From the NCBI GenBank assembly GCA_965153455.1, contig OZ234494.1, forward strand, positions 7,936,001 through 8,000,000: 64,000 nucleotides of DNA, in the 5' to 3' direction. The number at the start of each line of letters is the position of its first letter. Within the stretch, counting starts at the first letter, position 1. Of the stretch, positions 25,469-40,539 are shown one piece after another. The position numbers and the translations under genes were made by a program. The notes beneath the pieces are model-generated. The model was not told where the DNA came from and made no database searches. It was given only the letters and a program-made list of their open reading frames with translations. The stretch is from Sphagnum compactum. Lineage: Eukaryota.

Positions 25469-28400
25469 AATTATCATGTTCAACTTAACACCCTTGGTGT
25501 TTCCAACGTGCCTTTTCAACAACCCTATTATTTTTTTGGTCATTTTGTTGTTCCTCATCAACATTCCTATCTTTTTGTTCTTTTCCATTTTTTGTCATAT
25601 GTGGTGTTGTTTAGGTGTGATTTATGTGTTGACAAAATTTAAGTCATTCTCAAACCAAAACATTGTACCGATTTGAATTTTAACTAATTAGGATGTTTAA
25701 ATTTGAAAATATTTGTTAAGTTGACATCCTATCTTGGGACCTTTCAAAAACTTGGCCTAACAACAATCATAATGGTTTAAAAACTCAAAAAACTTTGAAA
25801 TTATGGGTGAAATCTTCATTAATTCTAAATGTGATCAAAGATGAAAGGGGCAATATATTCAATTGATGTGAAAAGAGAAAATAATTAGAAGGGGAAAAAA
25901 ATGTTTACCCACCTTAATGAAAGGGTGGTTTAAAGGTCCAACCACCAAGTCTTGTGTAGAGGTGATATTAAAAGATTGTCAAATGCCACTTCCCACTAAA
26001 TATTAATGAATTTGATGTTTAGGATGAGTTTATTAAATCTAACTAATTTCATAAACATGACATTGATTTTTAAAAAAATGTAAACTTGTCAACTTTGATA
26101 TTTTTTTTGATGGATATATCATTTTCAATGTTGAATTGAGTATATTTTATTTTTGATTAAAAGGTGTCCATTAAAATATTACAAAAAAGTTGAAATTTAA
26201 TGTTTTTATGATTTCATATGTGATTTAATTAATACAAATGATTAATGTAAAGTTACTATATTATAAAATAATTTTGATTTAAATATTTATTAAATTTAAA
26301 ATGCCAAGAATTAGTTATTAAAAATTCTTGATAAATCAGTTTTTTAAATTATAATTATAATGAAAATTTGTTTTGATTTATTTGTAAATTTGATTTTCAA
26401 TACAAACCAAAAACTACCAACATGTATTCATTATTACCACTCGTTGGAATTATGAACATTATGAAAATTAATCAATATCAAATCCAATAAAAAAATTTAT
26501 GGATGTAAAATATGGTTGAGTGGTTTGAATACACCAAGACATGTTATTCTTTTCATCTGAAACAAAATGTAAAATTAAAAACATTAAAAACAATTTGCAA
26601 TCATGATGTATAGGTTGAAAACTTTAATCATAATTTAATATTCATCTTTCAAACAAAAGTAATGTAATATTTAATAGGGTTTAGGGTAACCTTAAACTTA
26701 AAAATGTAATTGTTGAATGAAAAGATGAAACAAAAATGCACTTGAATGTGAACCATGAATTTTTAAATAACAACATGCAAAAAAGAATTTCAAGTTTTCA
26801 AAACCTTCATGTGATACATAATGATAGTAAGTTGATAAACATGTGATTTATGATTAACATGCAATTGATTTAACCAAAATATTAAATCTTTGAGTAATGT
26901 AGAATTTGAAATCAAGAGTTAGATTTTGAACACATTCAAACTACATAAGAACATGGGAAATTTTTATGATTAATTTTTTTTAAAAAATCAATGTTTATGG
27001 TTTTTCAAGTTTTGCCCATTTCAATTTGCACCAAATTTGCAAATATTGATGATTTGCCCACAAACTAGATCACTTCTTTAAATATTCTTAATTTTTTTCG
27101 ATGATTTTTTTGTTTTCTTTCCTTCTTGTAAAGCTTGTATGCCAACAAGTCATTCATCCTCCCATGCATTTAATTCACTTAATAACACACATCAAGAGAA
27201 AATTATAACCTCCACAACTTATTCATGGGAGGTAAAAAGCACACATGATTTGATAGATTCATGATATTTTCAAGATTATTTAACTACTTTTGATTACTAT
27301 AGTATAAATGAAAATTCAACACATGTTTGTAGAATAACTAAAGAATTAAAAAAAATTCATGTCAAAAATAAATGTTTTTGAATATTACAAAAAATATGTA
27401 TTTTCTTTCACAAAAAAAATTTCTTTGAAAAATCAAGTTTGAAAATTATTTTTTTTGCAAATAATGTAATTAGTGTCAAAGATGCAAAGTATTACCTTAA
27501 TAAATAAATTGTAAATATAAAAATGACATCCATTTACAATAAATTATGCAATAAACAAGATGATTTTATTTTTTTGAGAAGGTCATAATTGCAAAAGGGA
27601 CAAGGATCATCAAATAAAATTTTAAAAACATACAAACCATTTATCTCATGAAATCATGGTTGTTTTATAACAACATTTTAATCTTTTGTCCTATTTTGCA
27701 ATGTCAATAGTATTTTTAAAAGTTTTTGTTAGTTTCAAAAATATTTTTAATTCATATAATAAGATATCATTAATTTTTATATTCTAATTTTATTTAATAT
27801 TTATCATCAAGTAATGACATTTGTAATGATTGTACTGTTGGTCATCTACCCATATGATTAATGCTATGAAAATTGAAATTTTAATTAATAATTTTTAAAA
27901 AAACTAATGAAAGGATCACTATTGATAACTTAATTGAAGCAAATTTAATTGATCATGAATATGTAGAAAAATATTTTTTATTCAATAAAAAATTCATGCA
28001 AAAATATTTCTATATATTTATTATATAGGAAAATTTGGATAGTGAAACATATCATTATCTCAGTACATTGTTAATCACCATTAATTTTGTCACAGACATG
28101 CATAAATATATTTTAGTTTATTTATTCATATTATATATGCAATCATGTAACAATGATAAAATGACATTTTACATGTAAATTTTGTCTTGTAAACCTTCAT
28201 AAATCCTTATTCAATTTTTCAAAAAATTGGTTTTAGGAAATAAAAAATGTCAAATGTGAATTTCAAAGATAACATTATTCACAAATATACCTCTTCAACC
28301 ATTATTTAATCAACTTCTTTTGTATAATTTCATTTTTAAATGATTTTATCTTTCGCTTCATCTTGGTTAAATAATTTCACAAATACGTAGGTTTTAAATG

Positions 28401-31400
28401 CTTAGGTTTTTTTTTTCTTTTGAAAGATGAATATTCATGCCATTGAACACATTCTCGTAAAGATATAAATGGGTTGATATCATAGAGTATGCATTTATAA
28501 TAATGATGTGATGCATTTAATCAAATTATCAAAACATAATATATCAAAATAATTTTGTAACCAAAAAATTTTATACATAGGAAAAACATTGAGAAAAATA
28601 GTATATCTTTCCTTTTTTGGTCCATTAATTTGTTCGACTGTTTCATTTCACATAATGCATACATAATGAGGTGAACATCACTTGGTGTTTAACACTTTAA
28701 ATAAGTGCAAATCATAATGAAGGAGAAAAAATATGTTCATGCCCAAACATAGAAAATTCATTTCATGTTCATATGTCAATGACATGAAATGTTGAAATAA
28801 CCTTGAGAAAGATGAATTTCAGCTAAAGAGTAATGATGATATGATGTGATGTGTAACATGCAATAAATCCTCTTTATTTGCACCAAGACTAAAAACATTG
28901 GAAAACAAGAAACAACAAATATAATTGTGGAGCAAATTTTTAAAAAAAGTGTTGTTGAAGTGAAAGACACTAATTCCTTCCTATATTAAATTGAAATCCA
29001 TTCAATGTATTTGAATTCAATCTAGAAATTTGAATTCAATTTGATTAAATCTAAATTCAATTCCAATTCAACAATTTTATTAAGATCCAATTGAATTGAA
29101 TTACAATTCAATTAAAGACAATTGGTATGCAAATTGGTGGAAAATGTATTACTATCTTCTTATGAATATGTTGTTGGAAAAAAAATTTAATACACAAATT
29201 TGAAAAGACACCTTTCCACACCTCTTCATTTGGGAATGAGCCAATGTACAACGACTTGAGGAACCTAAAGTTGTCCTACCTAAACCAACTGCAATGAATC
29301 ATCATCACTAGAATTTTATGAGAGATTTTACACACACTATGAGATGTAAAAGTTCAAGAATATATCCCAAGCTATGAGCTTCTTCTTGAGATATTCATTA
29401 TTATGAATCAAAACTCTGAACACCACTATATTTAAGCCTCAAGTGCACCTTCCCTCTCAGGATTTAGGATGCAAGATCTAATGTTTCCAAAACATCAATC
29501 ATCTTCATGAAATGACATTGTTGTTGAAAAGCCTACTTGTATGAACTTTCACAAACACTAGAATGGTTTATTCTTCACAAAAATTGACAAACAATTACAC
29601 TCAAATTATTGCAATCCCTAAAAACTCCAAATGTTTTGGTACTTGTGCCATTGTTGATCCCACATCCTTAATCCAAAACCACAAGACCCAAAATCACTTG
29701 CATGATCTCCATTTTGCAATCCACAAAAATCCATTCCTATTCTTGTCAATTATCATGGTCTCCCTTAAAATTCTCATTGGATTCATGCATGCCCTTGTAG
29801 TTAAACAAATCAATAAAAAGATTTGCAACTTGCATTAAGGGCAAAAATCAAACTTCTTTTTTCTTTACATGGTCTTTAAATAGGGCACAAATGATCAACC
29901 ATATTTCAATCACTCTTTTTCAAGAGTTTGTGCCATGCTTGTTTGCAAACATCAAAAAACATCTATTGTTTTGAACACCTTGAAGACAAGTCTTGATGTC
30001 AAGCCTTTTAAACAAAAGAGTTGGAAGGCGAAGGACATAATTTTGCAACAACACCTTGAAGAAAGGTTTTATGAAAAGTGGTGGAAACAAAGATCACTAC
30101 ATCATTATCTATTATTATTGAACCTTGTTGATACATTTGCTTGCATTGACAAAGCTCAATTGTCTATTGTTAATCCTTGTTCACAAATTTATCTATGTTA
30201 AAGGATCCTTGTTCATGAAAGATTTACTTGTGTGCCATTCCTTGTTGATAAATTTGTTTGTGGATTTTTTTCAATGACTATTTTTTTGTAACAAAAAGGG
30301 CAGAAGTGTAATTTGGTTCTTTTTTGTATGACGTTGTAAGGTGTTATTTGAAATTGCAAGGAAACATAAAAAATACTAAGGATATTATATTGGAGGCATT
30401 TGACTGCTATATCACACAATAATACTATTATATATTATTGTGGGAGATAATATTCAAATGCTTCCAATTAATCTCTTCAATTTTTCTTATGTTTCCATGT
30501 AACTTCTAGTAACACCTTTATCCCACATTATTTACCCAACATTTTAATCTCTTAATGGATATAATATGGATATGCAAAATCGATGTAGTTTTAAAAGAAC
30601 ACAATTTTTGAAATTTGTTCAATGGTTGTTAAATGAGAAGAAATTTAGGGGTATAATGTCAACTTTTGGCATGGTTTGTTGATGATGAAAGATAAGCTTG
30701 GAGATGTTTGGAAGTTGTGATATGGAGAAACTTCTGACATTGTTTATTGATGATGTTAAATAAGCTTTTGGAAACTTTTAGAAATCATGCCATGAAACAA
30801 CTTTCTATGGATGAATCATTTTGGTGGATTGAATATACATATTTTGGTGTTTGGAAATAACAAAAAAGTGAATGTGTGTTAATTGGCATTTTTGTTCTTG
30901 ACCTAAAAATGGTAAAATTTTGTTAGAAGAAGTTGGCAAGGTTTTGGATGCTTGATGGCGCTTGTTTGTTTCTAGATTATGGCAAGCTCTTGAAGTGATT
31001 ATGATGGTATTGGAATGTAGTGGAGTTTGAAGATAAATGGATTGCATAGTATGGTGATGATCATTGAGTTGCAAGGGGAAAATTCCATCTATTTTGTTTT
31101 TCATAACTAGTACCTTGCTTAGTTTTGTTGTTTTAGACTTCCGCTACACAATAACTATCAAGCAATGACTTCATAAATAAAGAAGATTGAATGATGGGTG
31201 TGACAACAAAAATAGGTTAAATTCCACAATCTTAATGAAGATGGGATTGGCGAGGATTTCAAGGCATTGATGGGAATTTAAAAGTGAGGTGGCATTTAGG
31301 TTTTAGGTTGTCTATTTGTGGTGTGATTTAATTGTTGTTATCATGGGTTGTTTGTATGTTGATCATGTGTTATTTGAAGTCCAAGGTGGATTTTGAATGG

Positions 31401-33747
31401 GAATTTAGTTGTTGTGGGATTGTGGCAAGCACAAGATACTAGGTATACAATTACAATGTTTGAATTGATGGAATTTATGCTACAATTTTTGCTTATCGAA
31501 GTTTCATGTAATAACATTGTGTATATTATGTCTCAATGTTTTGGGTAAGCAATGCACTAGTTACAAAAAACTTCTTGTTTGAGGATGGGTTATGTGTTTT
31601 TGTTGTCTCTTTCACATCAATGGAAGGGGAGCTTATGTGTGAGGCTTGTATAGACTAGCACATCCTATAAATGGGTGGGAGGAATGACATGAATAAGAGA
31701 AGTGAATACAAGATAGAGTTTGACCCATGCACTCTTTCTTTCTTTTTTTTAGTTTTGTGGTATCAATTGTTATACTATTGTGTCAATAGTAGTGACAATC
31801 AATGTTTAGAGAATGATTTCATGGTTCATTGATAGGTTTATTGATAATTTTAGTTGGTAGAAATTCAAGCATAAACAAATGTCAGGACATTAAAGTTCCA
31901 ATTAATTTGTAACGGTTTCCTCTCCTCTTTTGGCATTGGAACTCTAGAATAGTGAGGTTATATCTCTAGTGAGGATTTTAAAAATGAAACAAAAGGAACA
32001 GAGAGAACATCTCCACCTTGTTCCTTTTGTTCAATTCAGTCTGAGTGTAGGTGAAGTGAGGGAGGGTAGGCTTTTCTCTTGCCCTCACTATAACCCATAC
32101 ATGGGTGGAAAAAGGGAGAGAGGTTGGTAAATGAGCTTGGGGCAAACATGGGGTTTGCAATTATGGAGTCTTTGAAAGATGTTTATTTTGTGGATACTGA
32201 TTAGTTTTGAATGATATGAGTTTCTTTGCAGAGTAAGGTATTGAAGCTTTGAATGATGTCTACATTGCCAATCCCATTGAAAGGGATGATTATTATGTCC
32301 AAAAGGATTTTCTGCGACACTTGATGAATAGGTATTATGCCTTGTCTGCAGCAGAAAATGATTGGGCTCGCTTGGAAACATCAAGCAGCTATTATAACTC
32401 ACTGCATATGGGTAGGAAGCAAACAATTTTCAGATAAAATTGGTGCAGAATTCAAAGACAATTGAGATTTATGAGGCAAATGTATCAAGTCAAATCTGGG
32501 CAATCAAGCACAACACAGCAAACTTGTCACCACAAGCAACAAGTTCATACAAAGAATCCAAAATCAAAGTCAAACCAGAGTATTTTTTGCCAATTTTGTG
32601 ATGTAGCCGAATCTGGCTAATTTGGGCCATTTCTTCCATGAAAAATCCTTTGGATGTGTCAAAACCATATTTTTCAGGTCAATATGTGGCTGACTTCAAC
32701 CCACCCATTGGCTATATGTTCCAGGGTAATTCACATATTCAGAATGAAGACTTTCAGGAATTGTAGCAAAGTGTTAAACAGGCCAGAGGGTCTTAATGCA
32801 GCAAGGACCAGCCTGCTTAGTCAGCTCACCTTCAACCCTACCATTGTCATTCACCTCCACCTGCCACAGTCGTAATGGCCCCCAACTCATAACTGCCACA
32901 TCATCAGGTTATTACTACCCAGCAAATGGCACTCGTGCAGCTAGGTTCTTAGTAGACACCAGTCAAAGCTAGACCTAACATATCTATCTTCAAGATTGCA
33001 GACATGCATCCACAACAATGCTTTGAAGGTTCCCAACAATGAGTGCAGTCATAAGCTTATGAGATTTGCTCATCTGAGTATCACACCGTCACCTTCATCA
33101 CAATGAATAGCAGTGACAAGTTGCCATGATGAACCACTGACATCATCAGCTCCTGACAGTGGCTGTAGATGAATATAACAATCAGCCCAAAATTTCCAGC
33201 AAACCATTATAAAAACATCTGCATCCTGAGTTTCTGTCATGTTTCCAAACTCAGTCATGATGTTGGCTAAGAGACATGACTAACATGTCATGTATAGGTC
33301 TGTATACAAGCCATCAGCCATGGTAATTGATCAACTGGTTCCAAGTTTTGTCCATGCCTATTACAGGGTGGGACAGTTCTCAACTCCATGACCACTGACA
33401 TGCCTACAAGATTGTGTGCAGCCAAAACTTTAAACTGCAAATGGTATTTGGCAGGTGTAGTACTGCATGTTGCTGCCACTGATTAGCAGCAACAAGCAAC
33501 ATGGATCCACTAACCATGTCATGGTAAAATGTGCAAAACATGGAAACACAAACCCCAGCACAAGAAAGTGAAAGAACGATTGTCGCCCCTTCAGCTGGAC
33601 CATATATTTTCTCATGCATCTTAATGCAAAAGAGTAAATTGGTATTCAAGCCTTTGGCTATGAAATGAATCTAGAGCTAGAGTAGCAAATATAAACATTG
33701 TCTAGAGCAAACTCCTGGACTTTGGTGATTCCAGAAGCCCTTCATTG

Positions 33748-33937
33748 TTACAAAGAACTCAACTCTCTATGCTGGTTGTCCCTTCCTTCTGGAAGCTTCC
33801 ACTTTTCATACCAGTGAATGGAGACTCTGAGCCATAGTGGGAACTCAAACTCATCATCAGAAGGTTCATCAGCTGGCCCATCCATTGTCAGTGGTAACCA
33901 AACATATCTTGAGTCTCTAAGATCTGCTGGCCGCCAC
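33748..33937 (-). CDS. GH43 hydrolase, exon 4 (last)
   Basis: AAGCAG acceptor completes the R codon. RWRPADLRDSRYVWLPL..FEFPLWLRVSIHWYEKWKLP. Stop TAA. Confidence 0.9.
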
Positions 33938-34076
33938 CTGCTTGGCATGACAGAGAGGCTGGTCAGAGTTTGCAAATCATGGACAAAATGTCCTATTGAC
34001 CTGTAGGGCTGCCAAAGAACACGTGAGACACAAAGAAATGGATGTACAGTATAACTCAATCCCTCAAGCTACAAAC

Positions 34077-34389
34077 CTGTCTGCCATGAAGATGAAGGTG
34101 TTCTCCAGACCAGGCAGGGGCAACACAAATGTGCCCTGTGAGAAAAAGGTGAATGATCGAAATTCTTCCTCTCCCCCAACACAAGGATCTCCAAGCGTCA
34201 CCCATGGTCCCAACATTGATTCAGCTGCATGCACTAGAGCACCATTGGGAGCCCAACCAGTGCATCCAGATGTCACCATGTAGTACATTCCATGGTGCTT
34301 GAAGACCACAGGAGCCTCTCGACGTTCCTTCACCAATACCTTCTGAGAACCTCTCTCCACAACATCCATGTAATCCTCGGTCAACGGTC
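34077..34389 (-). CDS. GH43 hydrolase, exon 3
   Basis: CTGCAG acceptor. GPLTEDY..REAPVVFKHHGMYYMVTSGCTGWAPN..TFFSQGTFVLP..FIFMAD. Donor AG|GTTTG, phase 2. Confidence 0.93.
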
Positions 34390-34569
34390 CTGCAGGCATG
34401 ATCATATTAGATCAAAAGGCTGATTTGACTAGAAGAAAACACTTTGTGCAAAAACCAATGACAGAAGGTCTTTCTACAGATTCTAGAGCAATAATGAACC
34501 TCAATGCTTATTGAGACATTGCCACATCACTGGTCAAGCAAATGTGGGAACTCGCAGTCTGCAACATAC

Positions 34570-34939
34570 CAATATGCAATTCACTGTTGCCTAAAGATGA
34601 GTAGATGAGGTAGGCCTCTCCATCATCATCTTGAAAAATGGTCATGTCACGACTGTCACACCCATGCGGTCTCTTACTCCCTACATACTCGAAAGGGCCT
34701 TCTGGATTGGGGCTTACTGCAACACCAACTGCAGCTTTGGAATAGTTTGCATTGTCAATATGCATCCACATTATGTACTGCTTTGTGCGATCATTGTAAA
34801 TGACCTTAGGTCGCTCAACTACATTTGTGAAATACAGATCACTGCTCTTGTCTCTTCTCTCTGCTTTGAGGGCCAGCCCCAAATAATGCCAAGTCCAGAG
34901 GTCCTTGGATGAGTAACAGCTTATTCCCAGCACATCTAC
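34570..34939 (-). CDS. GH43 hydrolase, exon 2
   Basis: TTGCAG acceptor. VDVLGISCYSSKDLWTW..VVERPKVIYN..MWMHID..SRDMTIFQDDDGEAYLIYSS..ELHI. Donor G|GTATG, phase 1. Confidence 0.93.
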
Positions 34940-36339
34940 CTGCAAGTCACACAAATTCAAGAACCCTAAGACTTTTCCAAAACACAGTCAAGGAGAATGA
35001 AAAGATAGCCTCTCATACTGGAAAATTGTGACAATCAACTCCCTCAAAGCTTTTCTTTGCCAAAATGGACATGCTGCACCAATATGTCCAGCAATTCACT
35101 TTAGTACAAACCACCTGCACATCATTGAACTTTCACCAATTCATTGTACTTCTGAGGATGGCTTATTGCACTTCACGCTCTAACAAAGTGTCTCCAACTT
35201 CACAACTTCCTTCGGTCTAAATGCATAATACATAGGCACAAGAATCTTTCAGAAAAAACTGGTTTAGTGCAGGACAGCCCAGTTGTGCCAACAGAAATCA
35301 CAAAACAAACACCTCTGGCTTGTTCATGCATATTTTACTTGATTGATGAAAAGTTTACAGTTGCTGGCAGAGACTAACAATGTTGGCAGAGTGAATCCAA
35401 ACTGATTTTACAGTTGGAAATGGAAGTTGACAACAAGGAAAGATGACTGTGAGGCATCTGAATCTGCTAGTGTTTGAACACTAGCACTACAATGACCAAT
35501 GAAATGAACTTTTTAGTTTAGGGAGTCACAAAAGCTTCATTAGCTTGAGAGGGAGAACAGTACAAACACAGAAGCTAGATACATAAGTCCCTGTAAAACC
35601 CCAGGAGATTAATGGGCACATTGAGTTCTCACTAGGAAAAGAATAACCAAATGTCTACTAACAAATGACTGTCTTGGTGCCTCCTTGTTCAAGGTGACAC
35701 TCATCAACAATTATAATTGGGTTTAAGTGGATACCTAAGCCTTTTGCAAACTCAGAAATCACTAGGATCCCATGTGTTGGATCAGTGACCTTAACAGCTG
35801 GGTTGGTTGTTGTGGATGAGATCTAACAAATCTACATGTAGATTTGAAAATGGTATCACAGGCAATGTGCTAACAGCCCATAACCACTAGGCTATGTGTC
35901 AGATGCTTTTCCGAACTTCAAGATTGTCCTTTACAAACATTGGCTGTTCTGGCTGTTCTGATAATATTGTTCATACTGTTGACTTGTGGTCAGTACATCC
36001 CTGATGCTTGTCAAGAGGGTACTGATGTGAAATGCTCCGAAATCAATAAATGCATATTCCTTTTTCTTCCACAGTGGGGTTTTGGATTGGTCCTTCTCTA
36101 TCTGCAGTTTCTTCAGTTCCCCCTTAACCCTTGAAATGGTTTTTTCAGAGTGTTCAAACACTATTCCTTCCTCTTTCTCAAGGTTCAGACACTTTGCAAA
36201 ACCCTGGTCTGCCAAAGGGCTAAAAGAGAAAAAGCAAGTTTCAATACAATCTGGTGAACAAAGCCCTATTGTCAGGGCAATCAAACCCACCATAACAGGG
36301 ACAGAAATAGGAAGAGAAATGGAACTTGAAAGAACTTAC

Positions 36340-36969
36340 TCGAGCTGTTCCTTGCTTGGGAGAATATTTTGTTGCACCATCCTTGTTCTCACCATACCAG
36401 TAATAGGTATGAGTTTCTGCCACATGCATCACTCCCCCACCATGGGCTTGGATGGGCCTGCCCGCTGAGTCAAGCCACTCCTGACCTGGGTAGAAGTACC
36501 CATACTCACTGCCATTCACTTTTGATGGGTCTATTGCTGAGCTCTTATCAGGAAACAGCAGTGCCAGCTTTCTACGTGCCAGAGCCTCTTTAGATTCCTC
36601 TGGAGCCTTTGCAGTTGTCATAGGCTTGGCTAGTGCAGCAGCACCAAAGGTTTCTTCCAAATCCACATTCTCTTCAAGTTTATTCCAATTTCGCACCTTC
36701 TCCACTTCCATCTGTGCAATTCCATCCACCATCTCTATCATCTCCACCTCCATTTTCTGTGCTGATTGCTTGTCAGCATCATGGTATATCAAGGGGGAGG
36801 TCATTTGCCATTGTGATTGAGGTTCAGGAAGTCGAGAAGGGACTCGCAGGAGAGATGTATATGCATGGAGAAGAAGAACCCAAGCAGCTAGTGACCAGAG
36901 TAACACTGGCACACAGCACTTGCTTCCAATGTGGAAAGTCTTCAAGAGTTGACAGACCATTGGACTCAT
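36340..36969 (-). CDS. Glycoside hydrolase family 43 (GH43_24-like, putative beta-1,3-galactosidase/galactanase), exon 1
   Basis: N-terminal hydrophobic anchor VPVLLWSLAAWVLLLH, then YFYPGQEWLDSAGRPIQAHGGG..YYWYGENKDG..GTAR. Donor CGA|GTAAG, phase 0. Confidence 0.9.
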
Positions 36970-38929
36970 GTGATCTCTACTGCCTCGCCTGCTTCCTGCT
37001 TCCTTCCTCCTGTGTCTTGGGAACTGCCATACAAAGTTTCACCCTAATCAGGTAAATTATTATACACTGATTCAATCATATCTGTTCAGCTTCTCAAGAC
37101 CCCTTCCTTGCCAAATGTCCAACTCTTGCTCTCTTAATGCTCCTGCAACACAAAAGAAGAGATATTCAGTTGTTGAGAACAAAGGCTGTAAGGAGAGCCA
37201 AGGAACAGAATGACTTCAAATCAAAACAGGTAGTAGACTGTGCATGCAATCATTTCAAGAGGATTCCCTTCACAGTACTATGATATGCAACAAGGATGCA
37301 AAATCACAGGTTTGGAGGACACTTTCTGTGGAGAACAATGATGGAGGAAGTTTCAATTGCATTGGTCGATCCTAACCCTATGTTTGATTTTACAAGATTC
37401 CATGCCTTCATGACCACCACCACCATACTCAGAGGTCAGTATGTAGACACCTAATCGCTCACAATGCTCTCACTGTATTGACAACAAATCATAGTATCAT
37501 GATCCCTGTAGAATATTGCAAAGAATTGGCATAAATTGTCTGTGACTAACAACTTCAGACACTGCAAGAAAGAACACTTACTCCATGCAATTGGTGCTGT
37601 ACATGGGAACAATAATGCTCTCCATTCACCACCTTTCACAAACAATACGCAGTATGTTGCAGTGAGAAATGGAAATGGCAGTCTCTTGATGAGATCTAGA
37701 AAGAAGTCTGATGGGTAATAATTTGTATGCAAAATGATCAGGATTGTACTCTACCTGAATAAGCAGATGATGAATTACAAGAAGAAAGTCATAAAAATTG
37801 CTGACAAGAAAAAGAACTGCAGATCTGTTCCAAAAGCTCCAAAAAAAAGGAGATGAGCATACTCTCTGTAAAGAAGTAGAAACAATTCCTAAACTGTCTT
37901 CAAATCCTGCCAGCAGCAGCTCCATATCCGATGGCTGAGCTTGGCAGCTGCTTCAATCGACACGCCAAAAGAGGGGAGCATGACAACGGTACCAGAAACC
38001 TAATAGATATATGCAACCCCAAATTTCGAAACAAAGTTCAAGACTTGGACAAACCTGGAACCTCGGGCAGAAAAAAACAACCCCTTCCGCCGTTTCTACC
38101 TGATTCCATCGGTCTCAATAGACCAACTTCCCTGCAATATCTTCTGGCAGAAGGAAGCCAAAAAACATACACACAACACACACACACACACAGATCAAAC
38201 CAATTCTTGATATACGATTTCCAACATACTAGCAAGCGAGTGTGCAAAACGGAGAACTCACAGTCGAAGCAAACTTTTACACATCAAAGCCGAGAAGAAA
38301 TTATTATCATCATCGAGGAAGCCAATCGCCAGAGGAAGCAACCGACAAGAAAGAAAACGAACAACGAACCTCAGAACACCAATCATCACTGACACGGCAA
38401 AGAGACAATCCCATCGCCTCACCAGTAAATAGAGACCTGGAAAGCGGTCGCCCAAAAAAAACAAAAAAAAAGAGGTGGGGGCTGGGATCAAAACAATTAC
38501 CTGAAAATGACAAAGAAATTTTCGTTCCAATCTCAACGCTAAAATGAAGCAGGTATTAGACCAAAAAAAGGGGAAAAATAAACCTGGGAGCAACGGGGAG
38601 GCGAGCGGACGTGTAACAACACACTCTCCACGCTTTCGCAACAACGCCGCTACGCAGATAGAGTTCCAATGCCCCTCTGCAACAAGAGAGACGGTAACCG
38701 GCTGAGGCAGTTGGTCATGACCGATTCCCGCCGGTGGTAAGTGAGGTCCTCTAATTTTTTTAGTTAATTTTTTTTATTGGCTCTGCCCGACAGACATTTT
38801 TGTGCTGCACCCAGAAACGGGCACCCAGAAATTTTGGTACCTATACTTATATTCTAGTAGGGTGAAGTTCACTGAAGAAACATTTACCTGTTGGCATAGC
38901 TAAAGCAGAGCCTTTTTTTTTTTTAAATA

Positions 38930-39400
38930 AAAATTAATGGCAATCATCCATAAGATGATTTAGCCAGATTTGGCTACATACTGGATATGAAAGTCGAAAA
39001 AAAACCAGAATCTTTAGATATCCTGGCTACCTACTAGAACTTATTTTATTTTGAAATTTTGATTTTTTGGGTGTAAATTTATTTTTTTGAATTTTAGGCA
39101 AAATTTTATATAAATTTTAAAAAAATCAACAACAGCCTGAAATTGCCTAAAATACATGCAATAGTATGCATATTAAAACCCTAAAACTACCTTGTGTTTT
39201 TTTTTTTCAAATTCCTCAAGTAGGTGCACTGGCTATAGGACCCTCAGCAATAATTAGCAATAAATGGCGACTGTCCTGGTGGACTACTAGATCATTTTTG
39301 GAATCCTGCCTACTTCTGGCGACCTACAGGAACACACTGTCTAAATCTGGCGACTTCTAAGTTTTTTAGGTCAAGATATGGCGAATGTTTTTTTATTTCG
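38930..39400. repeat. Dispersed repeat family copies upstream of the GH43 gene
   Basis: TGGCAATCATCCATAAGATGATTTAGCCAGATTTGGCTACATACTGGATATGAAAGT resembles the copies at 462-530 (inverted) and 1224-1290. Confidence 0.65.
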
Positions 39401-40539
39401 TTATAATTTTTATTTTTCCTTTATTTTCTTCAAATTCAATCGAGGTGCCATCATCATCTGGTAGGTACCAGGCTCTTTTGTTAGGTGGGTCAAGACTCAA
39501 GTCACACCCTCCCCCCCCCCCCCCCACAACCCCACCCAGGTGCCGACTTGTCAATTGCGGACGTTGACTGTATTATTATCCACCAATTGACACCTTGACC
39601 TGCACTTTGCCCTAGTTCATTTCCTTTCGGTAACTAATTTTACTCCATTGGCTCCAGTAACTTGTTTTTTTACCGCCCAACACAACAACTCCGGCATTCG
39701 TAACGTTTAGGTGGGTTAAAAACATTTACTCTTGTACTAGGAAAGTCCGGTTCGTTTCTCCCCTGGTTACATTATTGGCCCAATGGATATGAAGAGTTTA
39801 TATATATATATATAAACTTTTAAATTTAAATTTAAACCTTTTTTTACTTAAAAAATAAATTGGGATGGTTTTCTTTAATTTTTTATTGGTTTTTTTTTTC
39901 TCAAGTAGACTAGGTAACTGATGAGCCATGGAGCACCTAACTTATGGATAGGTGCTCTAAGTTTTTTTTAAAAATTCCTTTTATTATTAATACAAGAATT
40001 TTTTGGGATTTTCTTTAATTAATTTTTTTAAAAAAATTCATACCAAGTTGATATTTGTTTATAACACCTTTTTTCAATAGATTTAAAATGGTGACTCATG
40101 GTGGCATTATTTATCATGTTAATGTCATCCATGACACACCTACCTCAATTGTTGAGCATCCCATTGGCCAGCACAAAGGCCTCCCCAACCTAACTCAGAA
40201 AAAAAAAAAAAGTCCAACCCAAAAATAAAAAAATAAAAAAAAAGTTGTCAGATGATGGGGGTGGTCACCAACCAACTCATGTGCACCACCATCCCCACCC
40301 CCAACCCCCCTAATTAATAAGAAAAAAAATAATAATAATAAGGGGACCAGTTTGGGATGGGGAAAGTAAAGTAAATTGTTTTTGGATAATTAGGAAAAAT
40401 TAGGCAGATTAGGGTTTTGCGTCATTTGCCTAATTCTCTAGAAATGATATTTTTACAATTTTTGTGAAAATGAAATAAGTATTTTTTAGTATACTTGAGA
40501 AGTGATAACTGGGTCAGCCACCAATGTAGGTGGTTGTGT

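Noticed and set aside
37931-38644. ORFs of 100-153 aa upstream of GH43
   Set aside because: Low-complexity sequence in the likely 5'UTR/intron, with no motifs.
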